This document shows positions 44,863 to 58,743 of a stretch of 64,000 bases of DNA, piece after piece. The stretch comes from Eledone cirrhosa (Eukaryota), in contig OZ024740.1 of NCBI GenBank assembly GCA_964016885.1, positions 163,122,001-163,186,000 on the forward strand, in the 5' to 3' direction. The position numbers were made by a program, and so were the translations under genes. The notes beneath the pieces are model-generated. The model worked only from the letters and a program-made list of their open reading frames with translations. It was not told the DNA's origin and did not search any database. Within the stretch, counting starts at the first letter, position 1, and each line of letters begins with the position of its first letter.

Positions 44863-45009
44863 AATGCAAGCCATCAGGTAAAAATGTGAGTGCATACCAC
44901 TTTATTAGAATTATGTTAAGGAAACATGATTATTTTTATTATATTCACTTAATTTTCTCATTAGTTGATTCTAAAACTGTTATATGCTATTAATCAAAGA
45001 AATATAAAG

Positions 45010-45420
45010 AAATTCACCACTGCTATTACTGTAGTTAATATTTTTATGAATACTGTTGAGTTTGTAAATATTATCAATACTGTTGATATTGCTGTAGAAT
45101 CTTTATTACAAATACTGACTGACAATGCAAATATCTTTAGCATCACAGCCACCATTAAATATATTTAGCACCACAACTATCACTGATAATATCCCTACCA
45201 TTGTTAATATCCTTAGTACCACAGTTAGTACTTACAATATCCTTAACACCACAGCAATCACTATAAACATCTCTAGCACAGTATCCACTATTACAAATAT
45301 ATTTGACACCACAGTTACCACTGTTAATATATTTAGCACTACAGTTGCCACTGTTAAAATCATTCTAAGTACCACAGCTATCACTGTTAATATCCTTGGT
45401 TCTACAGCTATCAGAGTAAG
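45010..45420. repeat. Degenerate 30-bp minisatellite (left part)
   Basis: Unit ~aatatccttagcaccacagctatcactgtt; produces the 10-aa NILSTTAITV-like periodicity in ORF 45125. Confidence 0.8.
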
Positions 45421-45433
45421 AAATGTTTTATCC

Positions 45434-48208
45434 TATATCCTTACCAGAAGACGTGACAGAGTGTCTGTTGTAAACACTAAATCCCTCCCCCATGAAGAAT
45501 GCACCTCCCAACATAGACTGATAATTAGCCACCTCATAGTCAGGACGAGATGTACTCGACAGCAGAAGGCAACTATCCCCAGGAGAAAAATATGGAAGCT
45601 AAAGGACCCCACAGCCAGAAATAAATTTAAAAGCATATTACTTGATGCTTTCGACAGTAAGGAAGAGCATTTAGAGTCGTACAATATAGAGGAACAGTGG
45701 GAATTCCTGAAAGCAAACCTGTTGATGGCGGCAGACGAAGTCTGTGGCTGGAGCAGGCCTATAGGCAGGAGGAGAGTAACATGGTGGTGGAACAGTAAGG
45801 TGGAGGAGTCAATTAAGGCCAAAAAGCAGGCTTGGAAAGTATGGCGGGATGGGGGAAGTAGAGAAGACTATCAAGTGGCCAGGAGGGAAGCTAGGAGACA
45901 AGTGTACTTCGCAAGAAGGGAAGCAGAGGAAAGAAAGTTCAAGCATGTTCTACAACGCGAGGGCCAAAAACGTGAGGTGTTCAGGATTGCTAGGCAATGT
46001 GTCAAGGAAAACTGTGATATTGTCGGGGAGAAGTGTGTCCTTAATGATGATGGTGTACTTGCCATCACTGACGCTGATAAGAAGGTATCTTGGAAGTGTC
46101 ACTACGAAAGGCTACTAAATGAGGAGAATAAATGGGAGAAAGACAGTCTCCCCCACATCGACCCAATAGAGGGACCAGCAGTGTTAGTCGAAGGTAGTAT
46201 AATAAGGCAATCAAAGATATGAAGGCGGCTGGGCCTTCGGAAATAGTTGCTGAAATGCTGAAAGCTTCTGGAACGGTGGGACACACCATGGTCACCCGGA
46301 TAGTGAACCAAGTCATACAGAATGGGGTTGTTCCGAAGGACTGGCGTAACAACATCATCATTAACTGCTACAAGGGTAAAGGAGATGCCCTATATAGGAG
46401 TAACTATAGAGGCATTAAATTAATCGACTAGGTCATGAAGGTCACAGAAAAAGTAATAGCGCAACTAATCAGAGAGAGAATTGATCTAGATGAAATGCAG
46501 TTCGGGTTTGTGTCAGGTAAAAGTACCTTTTTATTGTACGACAACTACAGGAGAAGTACCTAGCTAAAAGTAAACCACTATACTTAGCTTTTGTTGACTT
46601 GGAGAAAGCCTTCGACAGAGTCCCTGTTCCATTATCTGGTGGGCTCTTAGAAAACTAGGTGTTGATGAATGGCTTGTGAGAGCTATACAAGCCATGTATA
46701 AAGAAACAGTCAGCAAGGTTAGAATTAACAACGAATATAGTGAAGAGTTTAGCGTAAAAGTTGGTGTTCATCAGGGCTCCGTTCTTAGCCCCCTACTATT
46801 TATTATTGCCCTTCAGGCTATAACAGTGGAGTTCAAGACCGGCTGCCCATGGGAACTCCTATACGCAGCTGAATCAATGGCCGAACTAGAGAAGAAATTC
46901 CAAACATGGAAGCATGGCCTAGAAGCAAAAGGCCTTAAAATTAAGCTGTCTAAGACTAAAGTTCTAGTTTGTAGGAAGGAAAATAGGGCGCCGGTCCCAT
47001 CCGGAAAATGGCCATGCTCAGTGTGTAGGAAAGGAGTAGGTAGAAACTTCATTTTATGTCCCAAATGCAAAGTATGGGTGCATAAAAGATGTAGTGGGAT
47101 CACAGATAAGCTAACTAAGAACATAGATTTTATATGTGGCCGGTGCTCTTGTGCAATAAGTAGCAGCAAGTGCCCACAGAATACTAGCTCATTCCATTGC
47201 ACAGATGGTTCTATAGAAATAGTGGACAGCTTCCGTTACCTGGGTGACAAAATCAGCAGTGGTGGAGGGTGCTCTGAAAGTACAGTAGCTACAGTCAGAA
47301 CTGGATGGAAAAAGTTCAGAGAGCTTATACCACTATTAGCCGCTAAAGGGTTCTCCCTAAAAATGAAAGGCAGGCTGTATGATGCCTGCATACGAACAGC
47401 AATGTTGCATGGCAGTGAGACCTGGGCATTGTGTGCAGAGGATATACGCAGACTGGAGAGGAACGAAGCTTGCATACTCCGCTGGATGTGTAATAGTAAT
47501 ATACGTGAACAGCAAAGCATAAACGAACTAAGGGAAAAATTAGAAATAAGAGGGATCAGATGTTTACTCGAGAGAAGACTACGTTGGTATGGTCACGTGA
47601 TGCGCATGAAAGACGACAGCTGTATAAAAAAGTGCAGGGCAATAAAAATAGACGGTAGCCACGGAGTAGGCAGACCCAGAAAAACCTGGGACAACTTGAT
47701 AAATTCCGACCTCACACACTTACACCTCTCCAAGACAATGTCACTAGACCGAGATCTTTGGCGCTACACAGTAATAGAGAAGACCTGCCTTACCTAAGTA
47801 CAAAGTGAAACCTACTACAGTCAGTAGGCACCTCCAACAAAATACACCCCCGTCCCACTACCCCCACCCCATCCACACCACCCCTTTCAATGTAAAGTTA
47901 TGTTGGTACCACAACATCCAGCCCGAAACAAATGAGGTTGTGTAGGTGTAACGACAAAAAAACACACAGTCCACGCTGTAATGTGGCGCTGTAGGTAACA
48001 CGGTAAAAACCTCCCAGTTCCACACTATAAATGTGGTTGGTGTTAGGAAGGGTATCCAACCGTAGAAAACCCGCCAGGCACTCCTCTGCAAGCAATGACA
48101 ACCACTCTTGCCTCAAGTGGGAAAACTCCCATCCAAACCCATGCAAGCATGGAATATGGACGTTAAACGATGATGATGATGATGATGATTTAAACGATGA
48201 TGATGATT
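45434..48208 (+). mobile_element. RTE LINE copy 2, 5'-truncated and inactivated
   Basis: Colinear with copy 1 from YILTRRRD onward; frameshifts near 46205 and 46525, stop at 46429-46431, YADD reduced to YA; 3' UTR and duplicated (GAT)n tail. Confidence 0.95.
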
Positions 48209-48339
48209 TCATCATGATATTTCTGGGTTATTACCCTCTTTTCAAATGTGAAATGGAAATGGTTCAAAACAAAAATGAACGGTTGATGTGTTCTTTAACT
48301 GGTCAATGTGCCTGAAATAGCATGTGTGGAGTCATTATA

Positions 48340-49025
48340 GTAACCGATAAATATCCTTAGCATCAGAGCTATGACTGCACATATTCTTAGCACTATGGCT
48401 AGCACTGTAAATATATTTAGCAACATATCTATCATTGTAAATATCCTTAGCACTACAGCTAGTACTGTAAAATATATTTAGCACTACAGCTAGCACTGTA
48501 AAATATCCTTAGCACTACAGCTATCACTGTAAAATATATTTCGCACTACAGCTATCACTGTAAAATATATTTAGCACTACAGCTAGCACTGTAAAATATC
48601 CTTAGCACTACAGCTATCACTGTAAAATATATTTAGCAACACAGCTACCACTGGTAAACATACTTAGCAACACAGCTTCCATTGAAAAGATATACATAGC
48701 ATCACATCTAGCATTGCAAATATCCCTAGCAACACAGCTGCCACTGTAAATATCCTTAGCAACACACCTACCATTGTAAATATATTTAGCACCACAGCTA
48801 GCATTGTAAATATCCCTAGCAACACAGCTGCTACTATAAATATCCTTAGAAACACATCTAGCATTGTAAATATCTTTAGTACCACAGCTAGCATTGTAAA
48901 TATATTTAGCACTACATCCACCATTTAAAAATATATTTAGCATCACAGATTGCACTGTAAATATATTTAGCATCACAGCTAGTATTTTAAATATCTCTAG
49001 TACTACAGCCCCAACAGTAAAATAT
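48340..49025. repeat. 30-31-bp minisatellite (right part), about 22 units
   Basis: Unit tagcactacagctagcactgtaaaatatcct/tt. Confidence 0.9.
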
Positions 49026-49644
49026 ACTAAGGTCAACTGCTGCTTGTAAGACTTGGAGGGTACCTCTCCAAGGTGGTAGATCTGAGTAAGGTTGTCTTTT
49101 TTTCTTATGGAAGTTCAGCAGTTGCCCATCCATGCAACTCACTCTTCTATATGTCACCAATGTTATCAAAGGGAAAAACAAGGGCTTATACAGCTTTGCA
49201 CGAGTGTTGTCACAAGTGTCACTATCAGAACACGAAGAGCTGATACCACAAGACACCCCATCTGATGTTCTAACAATTCAGCCAATCCACTGCTCTAGAC
49301 TAGTATTTTATTTACTGACACCTCAAAAAGCTGAAAAACAAAATTGGCCTTGGTGAGATTTGAAATCAGAGCACAGATCTAGAACTAATACTGCAAAGCA
49401 TTCTATGTGATGTTCTAAAAACTTTGTTAATTCTGCTAACTGCCACTGCTGAAAATCAATTCAAGAATATTGCTTCAACCAATATCATCTTTATCATTAC
49501 CACAGACATTGCATATCCTTCTAACATTACATTTTCTAATGCAAATCTTCCACATATCGTATTTGTTGCCTTTACTACCTCTTTCAGTTGAAGAGAACAC
49601 CTTTAATCTAAATAAAACAGAAAATGTTATCTCTCTCTCTTTCT

Positions 49645-49698
<54 letters not shown>

Positions 49699-49787
49699 AA
49701 ACAAAAAATGTGTCTATTTCATTCAATACAGATTTAAATTATTGAAGTAAAACTAAGATACCTGCTTCCTCAAACTTGTTATTAAAT

Positions 49788-49820
<33 letters not shown>

Positions 49821-50965
49821 CTCTGGTGAGTTTAGCTTGACACTACCTTGAAAGCATCTAAGTGGTTGCAAAGAGGTTAGCACAAGTTTAGTTTGTCACC
49901 CAAGTCACAGATTTATAAGAAAAATTAACTATACAAAAATAAATGTAAAGTATTTAAATGGAAAATTGATACAATTGAGCTAAATATATATGTATAAAAA
50001 AAAGAGAAATAACTTCTATAAGTAAGTGGAAGCCAAAATTGTTCAACTGATAGTAAAATGAAACTTCACATTAGACGTCTTCAGACAAGCTTATCAGAAA
50101 TATTGATTATCTCAGCTATGATCAAAGTAAATATATTGATCGAGACACATTGGGGAGGTAAAGGCACGTATGCTGACATGGCAGGAAGATTTTGTTACAA
50201 GCGAAGAAAACTATTTTACAAGACTTATCTGCCAGAAGCTAACTCCAGGTGACATATAGCATTGTTCTACCTTGATATTTAAATGTTAAATATAGTCAGA
50301 ATTGTAATGTTGAGACAAGTCTTTAGAAACCAAGCCTGTGGCCTAGTTTCAATTCTTAGCTGGAATAACTTCATGTGTTTGGAAAAAGCATGAAGGTCAC
50401 AATTTTTTTTATCCTTTCTTTTTTCCAGTTTGCTATTTATGTCACACAGTTATTGGCCAAATTGATTAACTGATAAGTCAACAGATGATATCCTATTCTA
50501 TCACTGACACTGAACTATGGCTATAGTCACGATACTTAACACATGAACGGAACAGTCCACTTAGTTGTAAATAGCAGTTATAGTAGAGGAACAACTAAAC
50601 TATCATTGTCAACATCAAATGGAACAGTCCAGTTACCAGGTAAGATCTACTACAGGATAAGAACTAACTTATCACTGCTCACATTGAATGGAACAGTCCA
50701 CTTACTTTGAAATAACTACTACAGGATAGAAACTTATTGCTGTCCACATTAATCCATACTGATGTAAAGCCATCAACAATTAATTAATTGAGTTGAAATA
50801 CAAATTCTACTCCTGTGAATCTGGAGAAGTCACTTTAATATTCATCACTCCAAGCCCACCCTGTCATCACAGACAACTTTGTCATTGGATTCAGACTCTG
50901 ATTAAGATTATTGAGCTGTGTATATTGGATAGTGAATAAGTGAACAACAATCCATTCTATATTAA

Positions 50966-51317
50966 CTCTTTTGTTACCATATTTCTAATGAATGACACTG
51001 CTAGTTATTTTTAACCCTTTAGCATTTAAACTAGCCATATCTGGCCAGAATTCGCTCACCTCTTTCTATTCAAACGGCTACTCATACTGATGTTAAGGTA
51101 TTGTTCTCAAAATAAATAATATAAAAATCTCATAGATTCGATATCATGTGAGATATAATAGTATATATAGAACAATGTAAGTACTAAAGGGTTAAATCAT
51201 TTGAAAGCAATGAGGAATTTAAAGGGATTTAGTAATATAGCTAACTTTTTAAATATTTAGTTAGTATTTGAAGTCTAACTTAACAAAGCATCTTTCAGAG
51301 GGTCGGCATGAAAAGAG
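50966..51317. mobile_element. TTAA-type MITE containing a nested CCCTTTAGCA MITE (51015-51191)
   Basis: Outer ttaa-ctcttttg...tgaaaagag-tcaa (relatives near 39860 and 63730-63920); inner ttaa-ccctttagca...ctaaaggg-ttaa. Confidence 0.65.
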
Positions 51318-51769
51318 TCAAAGCCATCATAAACAGACATCAACTTCATGGCAAATATTTTCTTCAGCCCCAAAGAATTCTTACAATTTAATGATGAGAA
51401 TAAATCACAATTAACTGTCAGTTATCTTCTCTTTACTGTCATCAGAATTCAATTAATTGAATTAATTTATGCTTACATAAGAAATCAATAATTAAAATCG
51501 ATTTTCTATGAAGGGGTTGATAATAGAAAGGTTATTAAGTATTCCAATATAAAAATTGCCATGATATATTTATGAAAAATGAGATATGGAAAATAACTCA
51601 AGGAAACCAATGGCATGAGTTTAGATGCTTAACTCCAGTTCAGCCTGGATTAAAAAAAAACAAAAACAACTAAAAAATAACCTATAGTCAAAAATATTTC
51701 AGTCATAGCCATCATATAATTTTTTTATGCTCATGGAATTTAGAACCACATACTGTAAACATGGTCATG

Positions 51770-52251
51770 GCCCCAAAACTGTGGCTCCGCTATCAGAAGG
51801 GTTTAGCACGGCCAACTGGCCTGTCCCTCTTCATAGCGGTGCCATCCAGTTCCGCTCTGTAAATGTGGTTGCTGCACCAAACTGTGGTCCTGCTGTGAAG
51901 AAGGGTTTGGCACAGCAAACTGGCCTGTCTCTCTTCATAGCAGTGCCATCCAGTTCCACTCTGTAAATGTGGTTGCTGCACCAAACTGTAGTCCCGCCCT
52001 GAGGTAGGGTTCAATGCGGCCAACTGGCCTGTCCCTCTTCATAGCAGTGCCATCCAGTTCCGCATGGTAAATGTGGTTGGAGTTAGAAAGGGCATTCAGC
52101 TGTAAAGAAAAAACAGCCAAATTTACAGTCCCACTGGAGCAAGGTACAGCGTAGCCAATCCTAGCCAGACTTGTCTCTCAACACAGACGACTCATCTGAT
52201 CCATGCAAGCATGGAAGAATGGACATAAAACAGTGATGATAATGATGATGA
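51770..52251 (+). mobile_element. RTE-type 3' UTR with three tandem ~105-bp units
   Basis: Unit ...aactggcctgtccctcttcatagc.gtgccatccagttcc...gtaaatgtggttg x3, then gttagaaagggcattcagctgtaaa and ccatgcaagcatggaa...ggacataaaacagtgatgat. Confidence 0.75.
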
Positions 52252-53008
52252 TTCTCTAACATCCATTTAAGGGATATTTGGCTGTTATGTTTAGAAGGTC
52301 GAGTGATTACATTGATGCTCCATCACTAGCTTCCATGAATTTAGATAACTATGGCTGAAAAATATTCTCTACGAAGTATACAAAAGATTGCCTCTTAGAG
52401 AAGTGAAATATAAACCTAGCAGTAAAGCAGGAATTATAAGTGACCCTCAAACAAAATTTTTGAAATTATTTCCTTTTTTTTTTTAAGAGTCACTAACAAT
52501 GAGCTCAAGGTTTATATTTTCTTTCTCCAACTAAAAGGCAAATTTCAATTTATTTATTTATAGTTTTTGTCAATACACCATTCAATACATCACCACCTAC
52601 CTGAAACATATATCTTAGGATAAGTTATGTTGTTTGTTTGATTGTGTGTGTGTATGTGTGTGCATGCATGTTTGTATGTGTGTATGCATGTATATGTGTA
52701 TGTATGTATGTTTGTATTTTTGTATACATGTGTACATACATATGTAACATCAACATTATTTTATATCTGGTGTAAAGTCCCAACTTCATACTTATCAGGA
52801 TGATTATAAGCCTTTTGTAAGAGGTTGGCACCATGAAGGGTATCTAACCATTCCTGGTGTCAATCCTTTTAGTCACCTCTTACAACAAGGTGTAACTATT
52901 CTAAACTGGATACAAACAGATAGTTTCATATGTCTGGATTATAATATTCAGCCATTACTGGTATTATCAATATATTGGAACTAAAACACTTATCTTTGAC
53001 AAACTTAA

Positions 53009-53224
53009 CTCTTAACATCCTGTAATGATTTAGCAGAAAATATCTAAAAATGAGTCTGTTCATTCAAATGATTATTAGTATCTTTATATGGATAGATCAT
53101 TATGAAAATTTGCAGTATTAGAGTAAAGACCTTACTTTTTATTGTGATGCAGTTATATTGTTGTTTTGTACTTTTTAAGAATGTACTTGTTAATATGGTT
53201 TTGTGTGGTAGAGGATGTTAAGAG
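53009..53224. mobile_element. TTAA-flanked MITE with 12-bp TIR
   Basis: ttaa-ctcttaacatcc...ggatgttaagag-ttaa. Confidence 0.75.
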
Positions 53225-54032
53225 TTAAATATATTTGCTAGACTAAAATCCAAATATTAACATTTCTATTGATAACACAGTATTAACCAAATGGTCATAT
53301 GCTGACTAAGGTTACAGAACCAATAGCATCTAAACACATCTGGTAAATGATATCCAAATTCAAAGAAACGTATGCTGCCTTATAACACATAGATCATCAC
53401 TACAGCTATATAACATAAATAATTAATAGAAACATTATGCCTGTACAACATTCATTTAATCCATATGAAAACAAAGTAGTGAAAAAGACTAAAATTAATA
53501 CAATTTAGAATTTCAAAGATGCAAATGCCCAAAGCAACTTTTTTTTTTTTTTTTTGAAGCAATAATGAAAAGGTTTTAGCTACAGAAGAAATATCTTAAT
53601 GCTACTTAAGATTAATTCTTACTTTATACTGAGTGTACTACTTTAATCTTTAAATCATGTATTTTTATTTTTCTCCTCAGCCTAGTTTATGATACTATAT
53701 TCATCACAAACATTAGAAGGATACTTTTTATGGATAAGCAAGCACATTACATTTTATCTGTCAGCAGACTTTTATTGGTTTCAATCATTGGAATTATTTT
53801 GTTGACCTTGAAGATAGTTGAAATGTAACACTAACTTGGGTAGAATGGGATATAACCAAATACTAAAAATAGGTATTGTTTGATTCGCTATAACACTGAT
53901 TCTTCTTTCTCCCACTAATACACATACATCTCTCCTTCTCTTTATATATATAGATAGATAAAAACAGACCCTCAAGTGTACTTTGAGCAGTGCCTTTTCC
54001 ATGCTAGTATGGGTTATATATATATATATAAC

Positions 54033-54243
54033 TTTATTATACATAGAAATGATTTCTCCAGGACTAAAAGTGTTTCATTCATATGAAATCATCATGATGG
54101 ACATTCCTGATGATTTCATATAAATGAAACAGCTTTAGTCCTGTAGAAGACATTTCTATATATAATAAAAATGCCTGTACTCTACCAATGTATTGAGTAA
54201 TTCATTTAACTGTGGTCACCCACGACCCAACTCGGGAATCTAC
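54033..54243 (+). mobile_element. Inverted pLTR pair with HHR-like core plus tail, between TA tracts
   Basis: Imperfect palindrome 54033-54169; CTGATGA (54107)-tttcatataaat-GAAAC (54126); tail homologous to the minus strand of 6036-6150. Confidence 0.65.
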
Positions 54244-54325
54244 ATATATATCCCCCCACTCTCAAAAGTGTGAACCTAATAAACCTTTATTTGTCTGCCT
54301 CTCTGTTTTGTTCCCATATAAATTT

Positions 54326-54376
<51 letters not shown>

Positions 54377-54534
54377 CAAATTTATATGGGAACAAAACGG
54401 AGAGGCAGACAAATATATAATATATATATATATTGGAAAATGTGAGAGATCATTCTTTTCCTTAGGTTTTGACACAAACAGAAAGAAATATATAGTACTT
54501 CATTCTAGAGAATTTGTTTGAATATTAGTTCTTA

Positions 54535-57500
54535 TCTATCTTCTATCTATATATATAAAAGCGAGGATGTGTGTGTCTGTGTACAACTTTGGATACCTAA
54601 GGCTTTTACAATTACCAACCGAATTTGACCAAATTTTCTATGCACGTTGCTAAGATGGTCACATCACAAAAAATGTTCAAATCGACCCACGTTGAGCAAT
54701 AAAAAATCGATAGCAAAATTATTTTTTCTAAAGTGCATGATGTAAGGGAGATAACAAACTTTATTGACAATTCTTATAAAGAGAGTGAGAGAGGGGAGAT
54801 ATGGAGACCTTCATTTTCACTTTCAAAACAACAATCATCGTCGGACGAAATTTCAGAAATATAAACATCAGATTCATTTGAAGATAAATCACTAATATTA
54901 TCGTTTGTTTCTTGTTTATTCTGAATCTCGTTGGGCGTAAAACCTTCAAAGTCGTTATCGCTACTTTCATAAGCCATGTATGTTAATACAAAACAAAAAT
55001 TTGTTGCGCTTTCAAAGTTAAAAAAAAACACTTGTTGTTTTAACTTGTTTCACTATATTAAGTGTTAATTTTCTCGGTAAGGGACTAATCTCGCAACAGT
55101 CTCAAATTTACGAGATTTTGATGATGGTTTTAGATGGTTTTAGAATAATCCTTATGGGACTTTCCATTCAAACCATTGGGACCTACAACTTTTACATTTT
55201 TAAAGTAATTTCGTCCACATTTGAGGCAGGCATCATCTATGCTTCCAGCTGTATTCGTACACATCAAACTTTTTTGACAATGAAGGAACATACTGAACAG
55301 GATGTAGTTATTCAAAGGATTTTTTAATTTTACTGTAACACTTCTAAATCTATAAAATAGATTTGCAAGTACATTAATAAAGGCTCTGATGCTGCTACGT
55401 TTGGATTACTTCGGGAAAACAGCCGAGATGAAGTGGCCCAGTACCAAACTGGAAGATACATTAGCTCCAATGAAGCGTTCTGGCGGATTTTCGGATTTTT
55501 TATGCATCAACGGCATCCTGTTGTTCAAAAACTCCAAGTGCACCTGGAGAACGGTCAGAGAGTATATTTTACGAATGCATCAGCTGCTCAGTTAGCACAA
55601 GAATACAGGATTCTACCCGTACCGCTTTCTTTAAACTATGTGAAGAAGATCCATTTGCTAAAACCTTACTATATCCACAAGTCCCATCTTACTATACCTG
55701 GGACAAAAATACATGGAAGTGAAGAAAAACAGGACAGTGTGTCGAAGGTTATCCAGGCATCAAGTTCAACGAGTGCTTGGGCAGAGTTTATACTGTGCCC
55801 CCAAACCAACACGAGTGCTTCCATCTTCGTATGCTACTACACGAGGTCAGAGGACGCAACGATGGCGGAAGTTGCTCTTTCACATTCACCTGCCAGCCTA
55901 AGAAATTTATTTGCGGTACTTTTGCACTTGTGCAACTTATCTGATCCTCTGTCCTTGTGGATGAACTAACAGACGACTACAGACACCAAGCACAATTGCT
56001 GCTTCCATAAATAGAGGTCGGCTTTAGTAATGAATTATACAACAGAGCTCTCATTGATATTGAGGACAAGTTATCTCTGATTGGAGGAAAGGTTTTACGT
56101 GACTACGGTTTACCAGAAACTCATCGCACAGACTCAAACAAACTTCCTACAGATATCATACAGGAGACTTCTTATGACATCCATGATCTCAGCATCTACG
56201 TCACAGATAATGAGCCAAAACTTCTAGCTGATCAGCGACTGGTTTATACCTCCATTACTGAATCGATATTTCAAAGAAGAGGTGGCATATTTTTCGTCGA
56301 TGCTCCTGGGGGTGACAGGAAAAACTTTCGTTACTAAACTTCTTGCAAAGGTTAGACAGAATAAGGACATAGCAATAGCAGTTGCGTCCTCTGGAATCGC
56401 AGCAACTTTGCTCCCTGGTGGAAGGACGGCACATTCAGTTTTTAAATTGCCCCTTGATTTGGCAAAATTGGAAACTCCTACTTGTCATATCACCAAAGAC
56501 TCCGAAAGGGCTCATCTGCTGCGAAGGTGTCACCTTATTGTTTGAGATGAGTGCACAATGGCGCACAAAGGTGTTCTTGAGGCACTAGACAGGTCTTTGC
56601 AATACATACGGGATTGCAGTGATGTTATGGGGGGGGGGGGGGTCACCCTTCTGCTATCAGGAGACTTCAGACAGACTCTTCCTATAATACCGAAAGGAAC
56701 AAGAGCAGATGCGGTACATGCTTAAGTCTTCACCATTGTGGCGACAAGTGACATCATTAAGACTAACTACCAACATGCATGCAAGGTTGCATGGGGACCC
56801 TCTGTCATCAACATTTTCTGGAGACATTCTTACAATAGGAGATGGTAACCTACCTCCGGATACAGATGGGCACATAGCAATTGATCAGATCTGCAATGTA
56901 GTTGAAACTGTCGATGATCTCAAGGCGAGTGTATTCCCGAACTTGCGTGATAACTATACGAATCTTGATTGGCTTGGCGAAAGAGCCATTCTTGCACCCA
57001 CAAATATCACGGTTAGCTGTATTAACGATCAGCTTCTTCAGCTTCTTCTTGGATGTCCACGGATATATATATCTATTGATAATGTATGTGATCCACAGGA
57101 TGCGGTCAATTACCTCCTAATACATTGGTTCTGAAAGAGGGAACGCCAGTTATTTTGCTGAGAAATATCACTCCTCCAAAACTATGCAATGGTATACGCC
57201 TTGTTTGTTAAAAAACTTAGTATTGACGCGACCATTCTATCCGGATGTGGAAAAGGCGAGGATGTGATAATAACAAAATTTAGCCTGATTACATCAGGCT
57301 TCTCCTTACGCCGAACCCAATTTCCCCTTTATGTTGCCTTTGCAATGTCCATAAACAAGTCGCAAGGTCAAACTCTGTCCGTCGCTGGAATTCACTTAGA
57401 TGAACCTTGCTTTTTGTACGGACAATTCTACGTTGCCTGCTCACGAGTTGGCAGTAGAGATAATCTCTTTGCGTTTGTTCCGAAAATAAAAACAAAGAAT

Positions 57501-58006
57501 ATCATCTATCCTGAAGTGCTTTAGTGTTAACAAAAACACTTATTACAGCTCTGCTTTGACTTCACCTTACTCATTACAAAACATACCAATGAATGTGTCA
57601 TGCAGGATATTTTTGATTATAAGTTCAAAATTTAACCATACACAGCAAAGGATGCTCTCAAAGAATACATTTTCTCTTATTCTACTCTCATTGTTTTTTT
57701 GTTTGTATACAACTCTGCTTTCATTACAACTTTTTGTACTTTAGCAAAACTGCCTGTTTTTTTTACAGATTTGCAACGTGCATTGTCTTTAATCATTTGT
57801 ATAACTACATCCTGTTCAGTGTTTTCCTTCATTATCAGCATAGTTTTATGTGTACAAAGATTGCACTAAATATTCGTTTGCATTATTTATTGAAGACTTC
57901 TGGTTATTTTGACAGGTTGGGGACAAATAATTTTCTTCTTTTACTTCCTAGCTGTATATTCTTAGCATAATTTCAAACCCCGGGCAACACCGGGTAAATC
58001 TGCTAG
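54535..58006 (+). mobile_element. Helitron, internally deleted and decayed
   Basis: A|TCTATC... 5' end; 3' hairpin cccgggcaacaccggg then CTAG|T; RepHel remnants inside. Confidence 0.92.
55370..57524 (+). pseudogene. Helitron RepHel remnant (post-Rep region and PIF1-family helicase), multiply frameshifted
   Basis: RYISSNEAFWRIFGF...LQVHLENGQRVYF; FVDAPG(G)TGKTF; AVASSGIAATLLPGGRTAHSVFKLP; ERAILAPTN; QFPLYVAFAMSINKSQGQTL; GQFYVACSRV. Confidence 0.92.
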
Positions 58007-58557
58007 TTTTACATAAAATCCATAATCAGTTGCAGCATTCTGAGATTATATTGGGTTTAAGTATATACATAAAATAGAAGAGACAGTTAAGATATAAAGT
58101 GTTAAAGTGACTTACTAATTCAATGCAATAGATGAGAAGGAGAGTCCAGATTTGAAAACTTGCTTGGGGGAACTTTGGAAAAAGGGAATACTGGACAAAG
58201 TGTTTTGTCAACTACTACCTTGGATTTTCAAGCATAGGCTGTGTTGTGTATAAATATTTATTTAATTAGTTAGGCAAACAATTAATGCACGCTATGCAAA
58301 TTAGAATGACTATATAAATTACGCCCTAGTTTGTGTTTGATATGAATAGTGTCTGGCTATATCTCTCTTTGTGGTCAGAATGATAAGAGCTCTTGTCTTA
58401 TGAAGAACAGCTAATTAGCCATGAAACATGTTTTGGAAATCTCTTATGTTTTTCTCTATACAAAGAAAATAATAAAATGCTCTTTCCACAATGAGATTTG
58501 TAGACTGCAGTTATACCTACATTAAATTTGTCTTAGAATTAAATTTGTCTTAGAAAG

Positions 58558-58743
58558 GGCGGTGGATTGGCAGTATCGGTAGAGGGTCGGACGCCATGCT
58601 TTCCAGCATAGTTACGTCCCTTTACGATCTGAGTTCAAATCCCACCGAGGTTGACTTTGCCTTTCATCCTTACGGGGTCGATAAAATAAAGTACCAGTAA
58701 TGCACTGAGTAATTGCTGGCCTTGTGCCTAAAGTAGAAACAAA
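58558..58743 (+). mobile_element. Young full-length SINE family A copy with TSD
   Basis: Flanked by aaatttgtcttagaa at 58541 and 58741. Confidence 0.9.

Noticed and set aside
50520-50745. Three degenerate ~57-70-bp repeats containing ggaacagtcca
   Set aside because: Too decayed to assign; likely an old minisatellite.
54097-54143. Fully canonical, active hammerhead at 54107
   Set aside because: Core words are present, but stem I (ggac/gtcc) is offset by 4 nt and stem III is mismatched; kept only as HHR-like.
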